NCBI GenBank assembly: GCA_035528115.1
Contig: DATKZF010000003.1
Coordinates: 551,089 to 615,088 of the forward strand
From: Candidatus Bipolaricaulota bacterium
GTDB taxonomy: Bacteria; Patescibacteriota; Patescibacteriia; UBA11705; DATKZF01
Reading direction: 5' to 3'
Length of the DNA: 64,000 nucleotides
The notes beneath the pieces are model-generated. The model had not been told where the DNA came from and made no database searches. It was given only the letters and a program-made list of their open reading frames with translations. The translations under genes were made by a program, and so were the position numbers. Numbering within the stretch: position 1 is the first letter of the stretch; each line of letters opens with the position of its first letter. Of this stretch, positions 1-9,644 are shown one piece after another.

Positions 1-2
1 AT

Positions 3-533
3 CAATACGAACTTGGCGTTTTGGAAAGAGATGTTAAACTGCTGGAAAAAATAAAAGCGCCGTTCGGTAAAATGACTCACGCCGAGGCCGTTAAAAAATT
101 GCAGTCGCTCGGCTCGGACATTAAAGAAGACGATGATTTGGGAGCCGATGACGAGACTTTGCTGACCAAAGACAGCGCCGTGCCCATATTCGTTGAAAAA
201 TGGCCGGCGAAAATTAAAGCGTTTTACATGAAGCTTGATCCGGAAAACAAAGACTTGGTTTTGGGCTCTGACCTGATCGCCACCGAAGGCGCGGGCGAGA
301 TTATCGGCGGCTCGCAAAGAGAAGACGATTATGATTTGCTTTTGAAGAGAATGAAAGCGCAAAAAATGCCCATTGAGTCATTTCAATGGTATCTTGATTT
401 GCGAAAATACGGATCAGTGCCGCACAGCGGCTTTGGTTACGGCTTAGAGAGGTTGGTTCGCTGGATTTGCGGCTTGCAGCATATTCGCGAAACGGTTCCG
501 TTCCCGAGGATGATTAATAGGTTGACTCCATAG
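3..533 (+). CDS. asnS: Asparagine--tRNA ligase, C-terminal part (5' end outside window)
   Basis: Class IIb motifs GEIIGGSQRE, WYLDLRKYGSVPHSGFGYGLERL, PFPR; the frame is open to the window edge. Confidence 0.93.
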   Translation, partial: QYELGVLERDVKLLEKIKAPFGKMTHAEAVKKLQSLGSDIKEDDDLGADDETLLTKDSAVPIFVEKWPAKIKAFYMKLDPENKDLVLGSDLIATEGAGEIIGGSQREDDYDLLLKRMKAQKMPIESFQWYLDLRKYGSVPHSGFGYGLERLVRWICGLQHIRETVPFPRMINRLTP

Positions 534-708
534 TGAGTTACGAGATGTACGAGATTTTCGTACGAAATATTACGAGATCGGTTTCTTAAAAAATTGGAAA
601 GTGGAAATTGGGGATGAAGAAAAAAATTGCTCCATTACTCAATTGTTACGTGATACATGATATGTGATCCATGCTTCATGCTCCATGTTTCATGATTCAT
701 GATAATTT

Positions 709-903
709 ATGCCAATAGAAAACAGAGACGACATCAAGCCGGGTATGGAGGTGATGATTGTTTTGAAAAAAGATCAGCCCACCGGCGACTTGACTCGAGG
801 AGTCGTTAAAGAAATTTTGACCAATTCCGCTTTTCACCCGCGCGGCATAAAAGTCAGACTTGAAGACGGGCAGGTGGGAAGAGCGCAGGAAATCGTGAAA
901 TAA
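709..903 (+). CDS. YwbE/DUF2196-family small protein
   Basis: KKDQPTGDLTRGVVKEILTNSAFHPRGIKVRLEDGQVGR is typical of the family. Confidence 0.85.
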   Translation: MPIENRDDIKPGMEVMIVLKKDQPTGDLTRGVVKEILTNSAFHPRGIKVRLEDGQVGRAQEIVK

Positions 904-928
904 AAAATGCTCGGATCGGGCATTTTTT
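902..928 (+). terminator. Intrinsic terminator
   Basis: AAAAAATGCTCG-GAT-CGGGCATTTTTT hairpin with T-tract right after the stop. Confidence 0.7.
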
Positions 929-966
929 ATTTGTAAAATAATTGATTTTATGGTAATTTTAGAGAT

Positions 967-2115
967 ATGAATGATGTTTTCGAGCAAATTAAGCGGCGGA
1001 AATGGTTTCTTGGCATTCGTCGGGAAGAATCACTGTTTTTTTATTCGGCCAAGTTTATGGACAGAGAGAAATTCACTTTAAAAAATTATAAAAATAATTT
1101 TGTCGAATCAATAATTTTTCCTCAAAAGGATAATGAGGTAATCCGCGCTTTTAATTTGGATCAATCAAAACTCTTTCATCAAGAATCAAAGAAAAAGGTT
1201 TTGCGAAATCCGGAGCTTTTGCGAAAATATATTGACCACGATGATAAACTTTGGAAAAAAATTTCCAAGCTTTCCGAAAGATTGGAAAAGTTTATCGAAA
1301 AGCGAGATTTAAAAAAGGCAAAAAAATGTTTTCAGGACATTCTTGAAAAATACGGCGAACATGGCGCTTATTTTTTATTTATTTTTTCAATGGGCATGAT
1401 GCTCGAGGAAAATAAAAAAGAAATTGAAAACGCTGGACAAGTTTTGGAGGCCCATAACAAATGGAGAAATGAGATTGCATTTAAAGAGGAAAAAATGGGT
1501 GAAAACTTGTTTGATTTTTTTGAATTTTTGAAAAAGGAGAAAAAATCAGATGCAAAAGAAAAAGATTTGATGACTTTTTTAACTGCCCAAGAGATTGTGA
1601 ATTTGGCTGATGGCGCGCTTGACGGGCAAGAAGCGGCGGAAAAAACCGAGCATCGAAAGCAAAGCGGCTATGTTTATTTGTATTTAAGAGACAAACGCTA
1701 TCAAGACACTGTATTGGATGATCCGATTTTGATCGGGCAGATAAAAGAATATTTTGGAAAATTATCAGCGCCTAAAGAGGCGGGCATTAAGGGGCAGGTC
1801 GCTTTCAATTCCGGAGAAAATATCAAGGGAGAGGTTGTTGTTGTAAAAGATAAACGTGAATTGGAAAAAGCGGATTTGGCGGGGAAAATTTTGGTTACGA
1901 TTCAAACCACGCCGCATTTTATTCCTTATTTGAAAAATGTCAAAGCGATTATTACCGATGAAGGCGGCATTACTTGCCACGCGGCGATTGTATCCCGAGA
2001 AATGAAAAAGCCCTGCGTCATCGGCACGAAAATCGCCACGCAGGTTTTGAAGACGGGCGACGAGGTGGAGGTGGACGCCACGCACGGCAAAGTGACCATA
2101 ATTAAAAAATCATAA
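967..2115 (+). CDS. PEP-utilising enzyme mobile (phospho-His) domain protein with an uncharacterised N-terminal region
   Basis: C-terminal AIITDEGGITCHAAIVSREMKKPCVIGT motif. Confidence 0.85.
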   Translation: MNDVFEQIKRRKWFLGIRREESLFFYSAKFMDREKFTLKNYKNNFVESIIFPQKDNEVIRAFNLDQSKLFHQESKKKVLRNPELLRKYIDHDDKLWKKISKLSERLEKFIEKRDLKKAKKCFQDILEKYGEHGAYFLFIFSMGMMLEENKKEIENAGQVLEAHNKWRNEIAFKEEKMGENLFDFFEFLKKEKKSDAKEKDLMTFLTAQEIVNLADGALDGQEAAEKTEHRKQSGYVYLYLRDKRYQDTVLDDPILIGQIKEYFGKLSAPKEAGIKGQVAFNSGENIKGEVVVVKDKRELEKADLAGKILVTIQTTPHFIPYLKNVKAIITDEGGITCHAAIVSREMKKPCVIGTKIATQVLKTGDEVEVDATHGKVTIIKKS

Positions 2116-2119
2116 TACT

Positions 2120-3058
2120 ATGTTTACCAAAACTTTTAAACAAATATCTTACAAAAACGTCGACATCGCCGGCGGCAAGGGCGCGTCGCTGGGTGAAATG
2201 TTTCAGGCAGGCATTCCGATCCCGCCGGGATTTGTGGTTTTGGCGCCCGCTTTTGACAAGTTTTTGAAAGAAACAGATTTGGATGTTGAAGTGGAAAAAG
2301 AGCTGGATAAAATTAATTTTGAAAACGTGAAATCGGTTGATCAGGCGTCGAAAGTGATTAGGCTTTTGATTGACAAAGCGCGATTCCCTGAAGACATTGC
2401 CAAGGAAGTTCAAGATCAGCACAAAAAGCTGGGCGCGGAATATGTGGCCGTGCGAAGTTCCGCGACCGCGGAGGATTCTTCAATCGCGTCCTGGGCCGGA
2501 GAGCTAGAGAGCTATTTAAATGTTAAAGAAGATAATTTATTAAAGTCAGTCAAAAAATGCTGGTCGTCTTTATTTACGCCCAGAGCGATTTTTTATCGTT
2601 TTGAAAAAGGGTTGATTAAAAGTAAAGTTTCGGTGGCCGTTGTCATTCAAGAAATGGTTAACAGCGAAATCGCGGGCATCACCTTTACGGTGCATCCGGT
2701 CACCAAAGACCCGAACCAAATTATCATTGAAGCGGGCTTTGGTTTGGGTGAGGCGATCGTCTCCGGCAGTATCACGCCTGACAGTTATGTGATAGAAAAA
2801 GACACTTGGAATATCATCGACATCAATGTCGCCGAGCAAGCGAAGCAATTGATCAGGGTGCCGGCCGGCGGCAATGTCTGGAAAGATTTGCCGGCTGATA
2901 AAAAGGAAAAACAAAAATTAACCGGCGAGCAAATCATTGAATTGGCGAAATTGTGTTTTGATATTGAAAAGCATTATAAATTTCCCTGCGACATTGAATG
3001 GGCGTTTGAGGGAGGTAAGTTTTATATCACGCAATCGAGGCCGATAACGACGTTATGA
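2120..3058 (+). CDS. PEP synthase/PPDK N-terminal ATP-grasp (PEP/pyruvate-binding) domain, stand-alone
   Basis: GGKGASLGEM, VAVRSSATAED, GLGEAIVSG, DIEWA, QSRPITTL. Confidence 0.9.
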   Translation: MFTKTFKQISYKNVDIAGGKGASLGEMFQAGIPIPPGFVVLAPAFDKFLKETDLDVEVEKELDKINFENVKSVDQASKVIRLLIDKARFPEDIAKEVQDQHKKLGAEYVAVRSSATAEDSSIASWAGELESYLNVKEDNLLKSVKKCWSSLFTPRAIFYRFEKGLIKSKVSVAVVIQEMVNSEIAGITFTVHPVTKDPNQIIIEAGFGLGEAIVSGSITPDSYVIEKDTWNIIDINVAEQAKQLIRVPAGGNVWKDLPADKKEKQKLTGEQIIELAKLCFDIEKHYKFPCDIEWAFEGGKFYITQSRPITTL

Positions 3059-3246
3059 TTGGTTACGAGATGCTACAAGATATTGGAATATAATAATAGT
3101 GTGAAAAGTCAAAATTTATTTTAAATCGGCGCGCGAGCGCCGGTTTTTGTTTTATAAGCAGGCCGAATACTTGAAATGCCGCGTCAAATGATGTATGATT
3201 ATAATGACATTTGTTTAATTCTAATGGTTATTTTTTATACAAAAAT

Positions 3247-4584
3247 ATGGCAAGAACGCTTAATTTGGAGGTTGTAAACAAAAAAGGGGAGGAAGTCATC
3301 ATAAACGGTTGGGTCGATGTCAGGCGCAACATGGGTAAAATCGTATTTCTCGACATGCGCGACCGAACCGGAATTTTGCAGGTCGTTTTGGTGCCAAACG
3401 AATTGGATGACGCTTCAAAAGGCATTTTGGATAATATCAGGCCGCAGTTTGTTTTGGAAATCCAAGGCGTGGTCAATGAACGAAAAGGCAAGAACGCCAA
3501 TCCGCTGATGGAAAGCGGGTCGGTTGAGGTTTTGGCCAAAAGCATCAAAGTTTTAGCTGAAGCGGAAACACTGCCGTATGAGCTCGGGTCTGAAATGAAA
3601 ATGGATACGTATTTGGACAATGCGCCGCTCAATTATCGTGATGAAAAATCCAGAGCTGTTTTTAAAGTCCAATCCGCTTTGATTCAAGGATTCAGAGAAT
3701 TGATGATTGATGAAGGTTTTACCGAATTTCAAGCGCCGAAACTGGTGGCCGAGGCGACCGAAGGCGGAGCCAATGTTTTCAAAATCGATTATTTCGGCAA
3801 AGCCGCGTATTTGGGCCAGAGTCCGCAATTTTACAAACAAATCATGACCGGCGTTTTTGAGCGCGTCTTCACCTGCGGCAATGTTTATCGAGCCGAAGCT
3901 CATCATACTTCAAGGCATGTCAATGAATACACGTCGCTTGATTTTGAAATGGGATTTATTAAAGATCACTCCGATGTCATGGATATGACGCGTCGCGCTT
4001 TAACCGCCATGATGAACAAGGTGGCGAAAACGTGCGACAAGGAAGTTCAATTGCTGGACGCGGCCATTCCCGAGGTGCCGGCGGCCATCCCTTCAATGAA
4101 ATTAAAAGAAGCCGAGAAAATCTTGAAAGATGAATTCGGCGAAAATTGCGAAGGCGAACCGGATCTCGAACCTCACCAGGAAGAATTGATCTGCCAATAC
4201 GCCAAACGCAAATTCGATTCGGATTTTCTTTTCATCACTCATTATCCGGTGGAAAAAAGGCCGATGTACACCATGCCAGACGAAAACGATAAGGGTTTCA
4301 CCAAAAGTTTTGACCTGCTTTTTCGCGGCTGCGAAATCGTCACCGGCGGCCAGCGCATTCACGATTATCAAATGCTGGTTGAAAATATTAAAAAATTCAA
4401 AATGGATCCCAAGGAGTTCGAGTTTTATCTGGAGGCTTTCAAATACGGCATGCCGCCCGAAGGCGGGATTGGCATGGGGCTGGAGCGGGTGACTCAAAAA
4501 TTGCTCGGCTTGGATAATATCAAGCAGGCGACGCTTTTCCCGAGAGATGATGTGAGGATTGACCTGCCTTTGAGTGGAAAATAA
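3247..4584 (+). CDS. aspS: Aspartate--tRNA ligase, short archaeal/non-discriminating type
   Basis: OB-fold start (FLDMRDRTG), EGGANVF, QSPQFYKQ, EIVTGGQRIH, GMPPEGGIGMGLER; ~445 aa, too short for the bacterial GAD insertion. Confidence 0.88.
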   Translation: MARTLNLEVVNKKGEEVIINGWVDVRRNMGKIVFLDMRDRTGILQVVLVPNELDDASKGILDNIRPQFVLEIQGVVNERKGKNANPLMESGSVEVLAKSIKVLAEAETLPYELGSEMKMDTYLDNAPLNYRDEKSRAVFKVQSALIQGFRELMIDEGFTEFQAPKLVAEATEGGANVFKIDYFGKAAYLGQSPQFYKQIMTGVFERVFTCGNVYRAEAHHTSRHVNEYTSLDFEMGFIKDHSDVMDMTRRALTAMMNKVAKTCDKEVQLLDAAIPEVPAAIPSMKLKEAEKILKDEFGENCEGEPDLEPHQEELICQYAKRKFDSDFLFITHYPVEKRPMYTMPDENDKGFTKSFDLLFRGCEIVTGGQRIHDYQMLVENIKKFKMDPKEFEFYLEAFKYGMPPEGGIGMGLERVTQKLLGLDNIKQATLFPRDDVRIDLPLSGK

Positions 4585-4695
4585 CAAATGACAAACTCCA
4601 AATTTCAAATAAATTACAAGCTCCAAATACGAAATAACAAACATTTGTGATTTTGAATATTGGAATTTTGGATTTATTGTCTGGGATTTATTAAA

Positions 4696-5001
4696 ATGAG
4701 ATTATCGAAATTGCAAAAATATATTTTGATCCAGAGCGATCAATATAAGGGCGAGCGATTGCATCGCGATCGATTGGTTGAGTTTTACGGACATGTTCAG
4801 CGAGCCCCGAAATCGGATTTGCAGACGAAAATCATTTCAAGAAGTTTGGAGAGCTTGATCGATAAGGAATTGATGATCGGCTATGGCATGCGCACGCCGC
4901 ATAAGTGGTTCATTAAGGAAATAAAATTGACATCGAAAGGGAAAAAAGAGGCGAAAAAATTGTTGGGGGAACAAATGAGCCTGCCCTTGAAAACAAAATA
5001 G
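4696..5001 (+). CDS. Small basic hypothetical protein, possible winged HTH
   Basis: ISRSLESLIDKELM...IKLTSKGK pattern; directly upstream of scpA. Confidence 0.6.
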   Translation: MRLSKLQKYILIQSDQYKGERLHRDRLVEFYGHVQRAPKSDLQTKIISRSLESLIDKELMIGYGMRTPHKWFIKEIKLTSKGKKEAKKLLGEQMSLPLKTK

Positions 5002-5003
5002 CT

Positions 5004-5693
5004 ATGTATAAGATAAAAATAGAAAAATTTTCCGGACCGCTGGATTTGCTCCTGCAATTGATCGAGGGCAAAGAATTGGAAATCACCGAAATCTCGTTGT
5101 CGCAGGTGACTGATCAATATTTGGAACATATTAAAAAATTAACGAATAAGCCGGCTGAGGAATTGGCCGATTTTTTGGTCATTGCCGCGAAATTATTGTT
5201 GTTCAAATCAAAAGCCATTTTACCGATTGTCGAGGAAGAAGTCGAGCCGGACGAGCTGGAAAAGCAATTGAAAATGTACAAGGAATATTACGAAGCGAGC
5301 AAAGTCATTGACGCCATGATGGGTAAAGAGAATTTTTCATTCGGCCGCGAAAAATCGCCGATAAAAATGGAAGTGGAATTTCATCCTCCGGAAAATGTTA
5401 ATTCGGCTTCGCTTAAAGAAGTTTTTTTGAAAATTTTGAAGAGATTGGATCCTCTTTTATCTTTGCCGAAAGTGGCCATTGAAAAAACGATCAGCATACA
5501 AGAGAAAATCATGTCCTTGCAAAAAGCTTTGTCTCGATTCAGAAATATCGATTTCAGCAAATTGACGAAAAACGCCAAATCGAAAACGGAAATCATTATT
5601 AATTTTCTCGCCTTGCTCGAATTGATCAAGCGTCGCAGCGTTTTTGTTTCGCAAAATGAAATTTTCGGCAATATTCAAGTAAAAAAAATATAA
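5004..5693 (+). CDS. scpA: Segregation/condensation protein A
   Basis: FSGPLDLLLQLI, ADFLVIAAKLL, FLALLELIK. Confidence 0.93.
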   Translation: MYKIKIEKFSGPLDLLLQLIEGKELEITEISLSQVTDQYLEHIKKLTNKPAEELADFLVIAAKLLLFKSKAILPIVEEEVEPDELEKQLKMYKEYYEASKVIDAMMGKENFSFGREKSPIKMEVEFHPPENVNSASLKEVFLKILKRLDPLLSLPKVAIEKTISIQEKIMSLQKALSRFRNIDFSKLTKNAKSKTEIIINFLALLELIKRRSVFVSQNEIFGNIQVKKI

Positions 5694-5787
5694 GCGTTGT
5701 CACGGGGCGTGACAACGCTTGAAATTCCGTCGCTCGGTCGCCATGAAAATAAATTTTCGCAGCGACCTCGCTAGAAATTATAAAAAT

Positions 5788-6354
5788 ATGGATAAATCTC
5801 AAGTGGAAAGTTTGTTGTTAGTTTCTCCGCGGCCGCTCGGCGTGTCCGATTTGATTAAGTTCTTTAAAAAGTCAGGCCAAAAGACTTCAAAAGAAGAAAT
5901 CAAAAAAGCGCTTGATGAATTGGTGCTCAAGCATAACGCGCCGAATAGCGGCATCAATATCGTTTATTCAAATGATAGCTATCAAATGGTCTCCAATCCG
6001 GCCAATAAGGAATTGGCCGAGCAATTGATCAAACAGGAAAGATCGGGAGAATTGACGCAGCCGTCAATCGAGACCTTGACGATCATCGCTTATCGCGGCC
6101 CGATCAGCAAGGCCGAGATAGAGAAAATCAGAGGCGTGAATTGCAGTTTGATTTTGCGCAATTTAATGATCAGAGGTTTGGCGGATTTCGAGATCGATAA
6201 AAACAACGGGCAGGAATTATACAGCGTCACCGTCGAATTTTTGCAATATCTGGGCCTGAATACGGTCGAGGATTTGCCCGATTACTCGCGTTTGCATCAA
6301 TTGGAGAGTCTGGTTGATTTTTTGGCGAATAAAGAAGAAAGTTTAACCAAATAA
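5788..6354 (+). CDS. scpB: SMC-Scp complex subunit ScpB
   Basis: ETLTIIAYRGPISKAEIEKIRGVNC, FLQYLGL...DLP. Confidence 0.93.
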   Translation: MDKSQVESLLLVSPRPLGVSDLIKFFKKSGQKTSKEEIKKALDELVLKHNAPNSGINIVYSNDSYQMVSNPANKELAEQLIKQERSGELTQPSIETLTIIAYRGPISKAEIEKIRGVNCSLILRNLMIRGLADFEIDKNNGQELYSVTVEFLQYLGLNTVEDLPDYSRLHQLESLVDFLANKEESLTK

Positions 6355-6364
6355 AAAGACCGCT

Positions 6365-7267
6365 ATGATCGAATTTGTGGTTTCGGCGATTTTAATGATC
6401 AATCCGATATTTTCGAGCATTGATAGAGTTGCGGTAGATGATTTTTACAATGATCTGCGTTTGCCGCGTAAAATAGAAAATGATAACAGAGGAGTATTGC
6501 CGACATCTCAAAATTTTATTTTAAAAGATATTGATACCGGAAAATTTTTGTACGGTAAAAACAAAGACCAGCAGACTCCGATCGCCAGTCTCACTAAATT
6601 GATGACGGCGTTGGTTTTTTTGCGGGAAAACCCCGAAGTGAATTGGGAAGCGGAAGTGACCATGCAGCAAAGCGATGAGATTCCCGGCGCTTATCCGCAC
6701 ATTTATCGCGGTGAAACGGTTTCGCTCAGAGACGTTTTCAATACGATGCTGGTGTCTTCCGATAATCATTGCGCCAAGGCGCTGGCGCGAGTCTCCGGCC
6801 TGTCCGAGACTGAATTTGTCGAAAAGATGAATGTTTTCGCTGGGGAAAACAATATGCCAAACACTGAATTTCATGACGTGATCGGTTTATCAAAAAATAA
6901 TGTTTCGACGGCCGCGGAAGTGGCGAGACTATTCGAGCTCGCTCTGAAGAATGAAGATATCTCGGCAGGGCTGTCTTTGCCGGCGTACAATTTTAAAATA
7001 AAAAATTCCAAGAAAGTCAGAAATGTTTATTCGACCGACGCGCTTTTTGATAGTTTTTTGAACTCGGAAAAATACGGCTATAAAATAATAGGAGGCAAGA
7101 CGGGATATTTGCCCGAGGCCGGGGGTTGTCTGGCTATTTTGGTGGAAAAAGACAATCATCGGTTGCTCTCGGTTGTTCTGGGCAGTAATTCTTCGCAAGC
7201 CAGATTTCAGGACACGAAAGCTTTGATTGATTGGGGATTTTTAAATTACAGTTGGGATAATTTATGA
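6365..7267 (+). CDS. D-alanyl-D-alanine carboxypeptidase (peptidase S11)
   Basis: SxxK (ASLTKLMT), SDN and KTG (GGKTGY) motifs. Confidence 0.9.
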   Translation: MIEFVVSAILMINPIFSSIDRVAVDDFYNDLRLPRKIENDNRGVLPTSQNFILKDIDTGKFLYGKNKDQQTPIASLTKLMTALVFLRENPEVNWEAEVTMQQSDEIPGAYPHIYRGETVSLRDVFNTMLVSSDNHCAKALARVSGLSETEFVEKMNVFAGENNMPNTEFHDVIGLSKNNVSTAAEVARLFELALKNEDISAGLSLPAYNFKIKNSKKVRNVYSTDALFDSFLNSEKYGYKIIGGKTGYLPEAGGCLAILVEKDNHRLLSVVLGSNSSQARFQDTKALIDWGFLNYSWDNL

Positions 7268-7755
7268 TTCAAACCATAATTGATTATTTCAGTAATGTCG
7301 AGCCTCGCTGGGCCACTTTTTGGCTATCCATGATTCCTTTTACGGAGCTTCGAGCCGCGTTGCCGATAGCTTTGTTGGGGTATAAATTGCCGGTCTGGGA
7401 GGCGATCGTTTTTTCAATCGCGGGCAACATGATTCCCGCGGTTATAATTTTATTTAGTTTGGACTGGCTGAGCGATTTTTTGGCGGCCAGAATAAATTGG
7501 TACAAAAAATTTCAGACTTGGCTTTTTGAGCGGACGGCCAGAAAGTTTGAGGGCAAATACAGAAAATATGGCCGCGTCGCCTTGCTGATTTTTGTCGGAA
7601 TTCCTTTGCCTCTGACCGGCGCCTGGACGGGCGCAATCGCGGCTTTTATTTTCGGGTTTAAGAAAAAATGGGCGCTGCTGTTTATTTTTCTCGGTTTGAT
7701 TATGTCGGCGATTATTGTTACACTGCTTAGTCTGGGCGTGATTTCGGTCATGTAA
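7264..7755 (+). CDS. Putative small multidrug export-family membrane protein (COG2426-like)
   Basis: PFTELRAALP and FVGIPLPLTGAWTG motifs; hydrophobic. Confidence 0.85.
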   Translation: MIQTIIDYFSNVEPRWATFWLSMIPFTELRAALPIALLGYKLPVWEAIVFSIAGNMIPAVIILFSLDWLSDFLAARINWYKKFQTWLFERTARKFEGKYRKYGRVALLIFVGIPLPLTGAWTGAIAAFIFGFKKKWALLFIFLGLIMSAIIVTLLSLGVISVM

Positions 7756-7927
7756 GCACATACACAGAACACATAACCTGAAGCACGTAAAAACGGAGCT
7801 TGTAGGTTGTTAGGTTATTAGGCAAACCAATAAGACACTAAGAACCTACTTGACTAACAACCCAAAAAGCCAATAAGTTACAAACTCATTACCATTTTAC
7901 GATCGCTAATTGCCAATTCACACCCAT

Positions 7928-9052
7928 ATGCGCATAGGCATTGACTGCCGCAAAATATTCGATCCGATAAAAAATACCGGCGCCGGCGTGGAGCGGTATA
8001 CCTTTAATTTGGTTAAAAACTTGATTGAACTCGATGAAGAAAACGACTATGTTTTATTTATACCGGCTGCGTATTCAAAAAATGCTTTGGATATTTTGAT
8101 CAAAGACGGCGGACGCGCCCAGGTGAGGAAAATCCGGTCCGGCAAAATGCCGTTTTGGTCCCGCCATTTGAAATTTTCTTTTCAATTGTATCGGGCAAAG
8201 CTCGATTTGGCGTTATTTCCCGCCAACATTATTCCCATCGGCTATGCCAAGCGTTCATTTGTTTTCGTGCACGATTTGATCATTTACAAACATCCCGAAT
8301 GGTTTCCTACCGGCCAATTTTTTTCGAAAAAAGTGTTGGTGCCGCTCAGCTTGAAAAAGGCGGAAAAGATAATTGCCATTTCACAAGCGACAAAAAAAGA
8401 TTTGATTCAATTGTTCCGCGCTCAGGGCAAGAAGATTGAAGTTGTTTACCCGTCAGTGGATATTTATCCGGAAATCGATCCGCGCGCGGAAGAAAAGGCG
8501 AAACAGAAATTCAATTTGGAAAAAAGATATTTGTTTTTCGTGGGCACGCTCGAGCCCAGAAAGAATTTGGTCAATTTGATTAAAGCGTTCAAAAAAGTTT
8601 TACGTGAATTCCCTGACGTGGATTTGTATTTGGCCGGCAATGTCGGCTGGCATTATGAAAAAATAATCGGAGCCGCGGCTTCGGCTCGCGGCAAATCGAA
8701 CATTAAGTTTCTGGGGGCTGTCACCAATTTGGAAAAATTGGTTTTAATGAAAAATTGCAGTGTGTTTGTCTTTTTGTCATGGGACGAAGGCTTTGGCATG
8801 CCCGTTTTGGAAGCCATGAAGGTCGGCGTTCCCATTGTCACTTCGGCCGCCGGCGGGCTCGGAGAATTGATTTCCGACAACAGACAGATCGCCGCGCCCG
8901 GAGATATCAATGATATTGCTCAAAAAATAAAAAATCTCCTGGCGGATCAGGAGCTTCGTCGCAATATTATAGAAAAGCAGAAAAAATGGTCGGAAAATTT
9001 CAGCTGGCGATATTCCGCTCAAAAATTGTTAAAAATTATACAAGGAAAGTAA
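7928..9052 (+). CDS. GT-B glycosyltransferase (GT4)
   Basis: MRIGID start, FVGTLEPRKN, EGFGMPVLEAM. Confidence 0.92.
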   Translation: MRIGIDCRKIFDPIKNTGAGVERYTFNLVKNLIELDEENDYVLFIPAAYSKNALDILIKDGGRAQVRKIRSGKMPFWSRHLKFSFQLYRAKLDLALFPANIIPIGYAKRSFVFVHDLIIYKHPEWFPTGQFFSKKVLVPLSLKKAEKIIAISQATKKDLIQLFRAQGKKIEVVYPSVDIYPEIDPRAEEKAKQKFNLEKRYLFFVGTLEPRKNLVNLIKAFKKVLREFPDVDLYLAGNVGWHYEKIIGAAASARGKSNIKFLGAVTNLEKLVLMKNCSVFVFLSWDEGFGMPVLEAMKVGVPIVTSAAGGLGELISDNRQIAAPGDINDIAQKIKNLLADQELRRNIIEKQKKWSENFSWRYSAQKLLKIIQGK

Positions 9053-9493
9053 AATAACCAGCATTGCGATTTGAATCATTAGGCCCAGCGGCAGGCCTAT
9101 TTTTTTTGTGGGAAATCGATCGTGAACCCAAAAGTGCCATTTGGCGAAGCGTTTAAACATGCGGGGATATATTTCATGCACGCCCACCAAAAAATCGGGC
9201 AAAAGAGAGCCGGCCAAGGCCATGAAATATAAAAAGAAACTATCGATGTCGTTGTAGAACTTGATGAGCCAGAACAAGTTGAAAGCGATGCAAAGAGCCA
9301 AGTCAACCAAAATCAACTGCACCACTTGCTTGGGCTTTTCTTTGGTGCGATAGCCTTCAATAATGCGTTGATCGCCGTGAGGGATCATGTCCATCAGGAA
9401 GTGGAAAATTAAGCCGATGATGAAGGCCAGCCACCAGAATTTTATTTTTTGCGCGATGAATACGCCGGCTGCGGCGTGGACGGTTAGTAGCAT
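9029..9493 (-). CDS. Membrane protein, possible metal-dependent hydrolase
   Basis: H-x-AAG, HFLMDMIPHGD and LPD motifs; several transmembrane stretches. Confidence 0.65.
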   Translation of the reverse strand: MLLTVHAAAGVFIAQKIKFWWLAFIIGLIFHFLMDMIPHGDQRIIEGYRTKEKPKQVVQLILVDLALCIAFNLFWLIKFYNDIDSFFLYFMALAGSLLPDFLVGVHEIYPRMFKRFAKWHFWVHDRFPTKKIGLPLGLMIQIAMLVILLSLYNF

Positions 9494-9644
9494 ATATCAT
9501 GGATCATGCCTGCCCGCCGACCTGTCCGGCGTAGCTTCAGCGGAGGCGGAAGCTTAATAGCGAAGGCGGGGATCATGAATCACATATCAATTCCGGTTTT
9601 ATCTTTGCTCTATGTTATATGTTTCATGTTTCATGAACATTATA

